Under the pieces are notes generated by a model. The model was not told where the DNA came from, made no database searches, and saw only the letters and a program-made list of their open reading frames with translations. A stretch of 64,000 bases of DNA from a bacterium. Lineage in GTDB: Bacteria > JADJOY01. This document shows, in pieces, positions 59,005-64,000 of the stretch. Each line of letters begins with the position of its first letter. Positions within the stretch are counted from its first letter, which is position 1. A program made the translations under genes and the position numbers. The stretch lies in the NCBI GenBank assembly GCA_046331705.1, contig JAXLQJ010000011.1, positions 1 to 64,000 of the forward strand, given 5' to 3'.

Positions 59005-60801
59005 TTGGCCAAAGGGAAGCGATCCAAGCCCTCGCTGCTCGAGCGGCTCGGCCTGGCGAAGCTGTTTCGCCGCCGCGGCGACGACAAGCTCATCAACGAG
59101 TACGAGGAGATCGTCCGGCAGAATCCGGACGACTACCGTGCGCGCATCAAGCTTGCCGAGTTCTACGCCAAGCAGGGCAACGAGCAACGCGCGGAGGAGG
59201 AATTCCTCACCGTCGCGAAGTCGTACAAGGAAGATGGCTTCAACCTCAAGGCCATCGCCACGTACAAGCAGGTTCTGAAGCTCAACCCCGACAACTCGAC
59301 CATCATCCTGGAGCTCGCGGACCTCTACAAGCGCCAAGGATTGATCCGCGACGCGATCGACCAGTACCACGCGGCGATCGTCATCTTCCAGGCGAATCAG
59401 CAACGCAACGAGGTTCTGCACGTCCTCAAACGGATGAGCGAGCTCAGCCACGAGAGCGTGGAGCTCGGGCTCAAGCTTGCCGATCTGTTCGTGAGCGAGG
59501 GCTACGTTCGGGAAGCGAGCGACCAGCTGCTCACCGTGGCGGGGCTGCTCGCGGAGCGGGGAGATCGCGAGCGCTCGGAGAGCGTCCTCGAACGGCTCCT
59601 CACGATCCACGAGAGCCAGCGGGACGCGCTGCGCGTGATCCAGGAGCTCTACGAGGAGAAGGGCGCGGGCGCCAAGGCGTCGATGGTGGCCGAGCTCGGC
59701 CACGAGATCGGAAGTGACGGCGACGTCGCGACCGTGGTTCGCCGTCTGTGGGGCATCGAGGCCAGCGATTCCGCGGCGTTGATGGCGGAGCCGCCAGCGC
59801 CGGCCATGCCGGTTCGGCCGGCGGCGCCCGCCAAGGAATCCAAGCGGCCAGCGCCGGAACGCAAGAGTCTGGACGACGAGATCGAGAACTTCATCCAGAG
59901 CTACAGCTGGTCCGATGAGGCCGGCGGCGCGGCGCCAGGCTCGAACGAGCTGGAGCTGCCGGGCAGCGCCAGCAGCGACCATCCGAGCTTGCATGGCTCG
60001 ACCGAGGATGCGTTCTCGTATCCGCTCCCGAACGTCCCGGCGAGCCAGCCGGAGCACGAGGAGCCGCTCGATCGCTGGTCCAGCCCCGAGCCGGCGGAGG
60101 GCGTGGAGGACGTGCTCACGCGCGCGCTCTCGGACGACTCGGCGTTGGACGGAGACGAGCGGACCGACGAATCGTCCGCATCGTGGCTCGACGAGGCGGA
60201 GCCGTTACCGCCTGCGGCTTACGGTGACGAGGAAGATCCGGCCTTGTTGCGCGTCGAGACCGAAGCGGACGACCGCATACGCCTCAAGTCGGACCGTGAC
60301 TACCTCGACAAGATGCCGAGTCAGATCGACCCCGAGTCGCTCAACCCGAACAACGCGGAGATCTTCACGCGTTCGGGCTTCGAGCGCGTGTTCAGCGAGT
60401 TCAAGAAGGGGCTCGAGCAGCAGATCGGCGTCGAGGACGCCGACACGCACTACAACCTCGGGATCGCGTACAAGGAGATGGCGCTCATCGACGACGCGAT
60501 CCACGAGTTCGAGACCGCCGCCCAGGATCCCGCGTGGCGAGTCGACGCGTTGACGATGATCGCGCTCTGCCACGAGGACAACGGGGACCTCGAGACCGCG
60601 ATCGCGTTCCTGAAGGAAGGGCTCGAGACGGACGGGATCACCCAGGAAAAGACGACCGGCCTGCTCTACGAGATCGGCCTGGCACAAGAGGCGCTGGGGC
60701 GGTACGACGAGGCGTACGACTATTTCAGCAAGGTGTATGCGGTCGACGAAGACTACCGGAACGTCAAGAAGAAGCTGGCGGATCTTCTCAAGGAGTTGTG
60801 A
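59005..60801 (+). CDS. Multi-TPR protein, SgmX-like
   Basis: N-terminal TPRs (GFNLKAIATYKQVLKLNP), acidic/Pro-rich linker, C-terminal TPRs (THYNLGIAYKEM.L.DDAI.EF); follows efp-accB-accC; TTG start after GGGGA. Confidence 0.75.
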   Translation: MAKGKRSKPSLLERLGLAKLFRRRGDDKLINEYEEIVRQNPDDYRARIKLAEFYAKQGNEQRAEEEFLTVAKSYKEDGFNLKAIATYKQVLKLNPDNSTIILELADLYKRQGLIRDAIDQYHAAIVIFQANQQRNEVLHVLKRMSELSHESVELGLKLADLFVSEGYVREASDQLLTVAGLLAERGDRERSESVLERLLTIHESQRDALRVIQELYEEKGAGAKASMVAELGHEIGSDGDVATVVRRLWGIEASDSAALMAEPPAPAMPVRPAAPAKESKRPAPERKSLDDEIENFIQSYSWSDEAGGAAPGSNELELPGSASSDHPSLHGSTEDAFSYPLPNVPASQPEHEEPLDRWSSPEPAEGVEDVLTRALSDDSALDGDERTDESSASWLDEAEPLPPAAYGDEEDPALLRVETEADDRIRLKSDRDYLDKMPSQIDPESLNPNNAEIFTRSGFERVFSEFKKGLEQQIGVEDADTHYNLGIAYKEMALIDDAIHEFETAAQDPAWRVDALTMIALCHEDNGDLETAIAFLKEGLETDGITQEKTTGLLYEIGLAQEALGRYDEAYDYFSKVYAVDEDYRNVKKKLADLLKEL

Positions 60802-60885
60802 GCGCGCTAGAGTCGCGCGTCGATGAAGGGACGTGCGCGGCCCTGCCGTCCACAGCGAGTGGCCACGGGCGGCGTCGTCGATCAG

Positions 60886-60961
60886 GCGGGCATAGCTCAG
60901 TTGGTAGAGTACGAGCTTCCCAAGCTCGGTGTCACGGGTTCGAATCCCGTTGCCCGCTCCA
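60886..60961 (+). tRNA. tRNA-Gly(CCC)
   Basis: GCGGGCA/TGCCCGC acceptor stem, D arm, CGAGC-TTCCCAA-GCTCG anticodon arm, GTTCGAATC, encoded CCA. Confidence 0.97.
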
Positions 60962-61517
60962 GGTAGTGGTCGCGAGAACGGTGTTCGTCGGACCCGACAG
61001 CGCGTCGCGAAGGGTGCGCGAGGCTCGGGTGCCGGCGCGACTCGTTGAGCGCTCGGCGCGGGTTTACACCGATCGCGCTCGGGGTGAATCGGCAGCCTGA
61101 CGGTCCGCCGCGGGCCTGGCGCGTTCGGACGTGGGGAGCCTCCCGTGGTCGGCTCCCCTTCGACGGCGCGCCGCCAGCCGTGCTCGTGTCGCGGTCGTCG
61201 CGAGGCGAGCGCGCGACTGGAAGCGTCGCGGAGCGCGGGTGACCGGCTGGGGCGTCGACGTGGGGCGGGTCGTCGTCGCGCCCTTCCTTGCGAGTCGCTG
61301 AGCCGAGCCCCGGTGAGCAGAGCGAGCTTGGCGCCGCTTGCTGGTCGCCGCGAGGGCACCTGGCGCGGGGTCCGCGTGGCGCCTGCGGAGCGTCGGTGCC
61401 CGCCCGCAGCCCGCAGCCGCTTCCCGGCCGCCCGACGCGCCTTGCTTCCGGGCCAACCCGTGGGAACCCCTCGTGAATTCGGGGAATCCGCGTACCCACA
61501 AAATCTAGTGGTTCCTC

Positions 61518-61546
61518 TTGCGGTGGCATACTCAGTCTTGTATGTT
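61518..61546 (+). promoter_or_regulatory. Possible promoter TTGCGG-N17-TATGTT upstream of smc
   Basis: Lies in an AT-rich patch about 60 bp before the smc ATG. Confidence 0.35.
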
Positions 61547-61608
61547 CGGGGCCGCGCCGCAGGGGGTCGCCCCACGGCCGCGGCTTCTCACACGATCGGG
61601 GTTTGTGG

Positions 61609-64000
61609 ATGCGCATCCAGTCGCTGGAAGTCGTGGGATTCAAGTCGTTTGCCGAGCGGACTCGGCTCGAGTTCACCGATGGCGTGACGGCCATCGTCGG
61701 CCCGAACGGCTGCGGCAAGTCGAACATCGTCGACGCGCTCATGTGGGCGCTCGGCGAACAGAGCACCAAGCGCCTGCGCGGTCGCAGCATGGAGGACCTG
61801 CTCTTCAACGGCTCCGAGTCGATGAAGCAAGTGGGGCTCGCGGAGGTCCAGCTCACGTTCGGCGTGAACGGCGACGATCTGCCGGCGCCTTACAAGGGCT
61901 ATCCGACGATCACCATCGGTCGCCGCATCTATCGATCGGGCGAGAGCGAGTACTCGATCAACAACACCCCGTGTCGGCTGAAGGACATCTCCGATGTTTT
62001 TCTCGGAACGGGTGTCGGTAGTCGTACGTATTCGGTCATCGAGCAGGGACGCGTCAGCCAGCTGGTCGGCGCCAAGCCGCAGGATCGCCGCGCGTTCATC
62101 GAGGAGGTGGCGGGCATCAGCCGCTACCGGAGCCGCCGCCTCGAGGCGGAGCGCAAGCTCGAGGCCACCACGCAGAACCTGCAGCACGTCGACGCCATCC
62201 TGGTCGAGCTGGAGCGGCAGGTCGGCTCGCTCTCGCGCCAGGCGCGCAAGGCCGAGCGCTACGAGCAGCACCGCAACGAGATCCGTCGTCTCGACGCGGA
62301 TCTGACCGGCCGCCACGCCTTGCTGCTCAAGACCGAGCGGGCCGGGCAGGCGGCGCTGCTCGAGGCGTTGGTGCTCGAGCAGGCGGCGGCCACTGCCGGG
62401 CTGAGCGGCGCCGAGACGCGGCTCGAGCAACGCCGCCTCGAGCTGGTGGAGCTCGAGCGCAGCGCGCGCGATCGCGACGCCGAGCACCACGCGGTGATGA
62501 TGCGCCTCACGCAAGCCGAGCAGAGCCTCGCGTACGTCGCCGCCGAACGCGGCCGTATCGCCGATCGCCGTGGCCGGCTCGAGTCCGATCGCGACACGCT
62601 CACCGTGCTCCACGGCGAGCTGGAAACGCGGATCGCCGGCGCTTCACAGCGCCACGCAGACGCGCAAGCGGCGCACCAGGCGGCTGCCGCTCATCGCGCG
62701 TCCATCGACGATTCGCTCCGCGTGGAGCGGCAGGGCCACGCGACCGTGGAGGCCGAGCTCGACGAGCAGCGATCGCAGCACTTCGGGCTGCTCAACGCGC
62801 GATCGATGGTCGAGGGCGAGCTCAAGACGCTCGAGCGCCGCGAGGCGCAGCTGCGCGCACGGGTCGAGCGCAAGGACGCGGACCGCAACGCCGCGCTGCG
62901 CCAGATCGAGATCCTGTGCGAGGGGCGCGCCGCGTCGTCCACCGAGCTCGAGCACCTGAATCGGCACCGGGAGGCGCTCGCGGCGGAGCGGACCGAGGTT
63001 CGCGAGCGCGCGATCGAGCGTCGCGCGGACCTCGAGAACGTGGTGCGAGCGCTGGATACGGCGCGCTCTCGGCTCGCCCGTTCGGAGAGCCGCTGTGCGT
63101 CGCTCGAGGAGTCGTTGCGCCGCCGCGAGGGCATGAACGAGGGCGCCCGTCGGCTGCTGGCGGAGCCCAGGGACGGCGAGTCGGCGATCCGCGGCACCGT
63201 GGCGGACGTGGTGAACGCGGACGATCGGCACGCGCGCGCCGTCGAGGCGTGGCTCGGACCGGCGCTCGATTACCTGCTGGTCGATTCGCCGCGCGCGAGC
63301 CTGCCCTGGATCGCGCTCTTGCACCGTGAGAGCGCGGGGCGGGCCGGGATCGCCCCGCTCGCCGCGGCGCGCCGCGAGCCGCGTGCCTGCTCGGCACCGC
63401 CCGAGGGCGAGGGCGTCGTGGGGCGGCTGCGGGATCAGGTCCGCGTCGAGGAGCCGTTCGCCGCGCTGCTCGACGAGCTGATCGGCGAGGCCTGGCTCGT
63501 CGAGTCGCTGGAGCGAGCGGTCGGGCTCTGGGAATCGGGTGTGCGCGTGCCGCTCGTGAGCCTCGATGGCGACATCGTCGAACCGTCCGGAGTGGTCCAC
63601 GGCGGTACCGTGGCGCAGGCGGCGTCGGGGCCGATCGCGCAGCGCAACGAGATCCGTCGTCTCGAGCAAGAGGTCGCGACGCTGCGCGCGACGCTCGCCG
63701 AGCACGAGCACGAGCGCAACCGATTGAGCGCCGATCTCATCCAGCTCGAGGCGCGCTTCGAGGAACTGGGCCGCTCGCTCGAGCGCGACGAGAGCCGCCG
63801 CATGGAGGCGGTGCGGTCGCTCGGCACCGCGGAGGAGGCGATTCGGCAGCAGCGCGAGGTGGTCGAGGCGTTCGCGTTCGAGATCGAGGAAGCGACCCGC
63901 GAGCTGGCGTCGATCGACGTCGAACGCGTTGCCCATCAGGAGCGGCTGCAATCGACCGTCGCCGCGATCGATCAGCTTCAGGAAGCGCTCCAGGCGGGCA
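61609..64000 (+). CDS. smc: Chromosome segregation protein SMC, 3' truncated by window edge (absent from the ORF track)
   Basis: MRIQSLEVVGFKSF, IVGPNGCGKSNIVDA..W.LGEQS...LRG..MED..FNG, YSVIEQG, EEVAGI, coiled coil, hinge (G.VADVV, SLDGD...SG.VHGG). Confidence 0.96.
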   Translation, partial: MRIQSLEVVGFKSFAERTRLEFTDGVTAIVGPNGCGKSNIVDALMWALGEQSTKRLRGRSMEDLLFNGSESMKQVGLAEVQLTFGVNGDDLPAPYKGYPTITIGRRIYRSGESEYSINNTPCRLKDISDVFLGTGVGSRTYSVIEQGRVSQLVGAKPQDRRAFIEEVAGISRYRSRRLEAERKLEATTQNLQHVDAILVELERQVGSLSRQARKAERYEQHRNEIRRLDADLTGRHALLLKTERAGQAALLEALVLEQAAATAGLSGAETRLEQRRLELVELERSARDRDAEHHAVMMRLTQAEQSLAYVAAERGRIADRRGRLESDRDTLTVLHGELETRIAGASQRHADAQAAHQAAAAHRASIDDSLRVERQGHATVEAELDEQRSQHFGLLNARSMVEGELKTLERREAQLRARVERKDADRNAALRQIEILCEGRAASSTELEHLNRHREALAAERTEVRERAIERRADLENVVRALDTARSRLARSESRCASLEESLRRREGMNEGARRLLAEPRDGESAIRGTVADVVNADDRHARAVEAWLGPALDYLLVDSPRASLPWIALLHRESAGRAGIAPLAAARREPRACSAPPEGEGVVGRLRDQVRVEEPFAALLDELIGEAWLVESLERAVGLWESGVRVPLVSLDGDIVEPSGVVHGGTVAQAASGPIAQRNEIRRLEQEVATLRATLAEHEHERNRLSADLIQLEARFEELGRSLERDESRRMEAVRSLGTAEEAIRQQREVVEAFAFEIEEATRELASIDVERVAHQERLQSTVAAIDQLQEALQAG

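Noticed and set aside
60886-61608. Integrative element at tRNA-Gly
   Set aside because: No integrase and no duplicated tRNA 3' end seen
61588-63951. Minus-strand ORFs at the right end
   Set aside because: Antisense shadows of smc, which is open to the window edge

Overview
GC-rich, gene-dense bacterial window; gene order and content resemble Myxococcota/deltaproteobacterial-type organisms (inference). Three blocks. (1) ~1-29.7 kb: surface-glycan biosynthesis region with a Wzt ABC ATPase (5' truncated), two DegT aminotransferases, HddA/HddC-like GDP-heptose enzymes, epimerases/reductases, methyltransferases, an MBOAT plus SGNH-like acylation pair, six glycosyltransferases (three are paralogs sharing an unexplained N-terminal domain), an AsnB-like amidotransferase, Fur, and an ACP-FabG-acyl-AMP ligase-LuxE/LuxC fusion-acyltransferase cassette. 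(2) ~29.8-52.4 kb: type IVa pilus locus with three pilins around a divergent promoter, pilD, a HK/sigma54 response-regulator pair, doubled minor pilins (fimU x2, pilV x2, pilW x2), pilX, a 1540-aa pilY1 and pilMNOPQ. (3) ~52.4-64 kb: aroB, two lipoproteins, a TPR protein, efp, accB, a divergent accC, an SgmX-like TPR protein, tRNA-Gly(CCC) and the 5' part of smc. Two apparent single-site frameshifts (~10032 and ~55642). No CRISPR array, rRNA or mobile element seen. All calls come from motif recognition by eye; no database searches were run.
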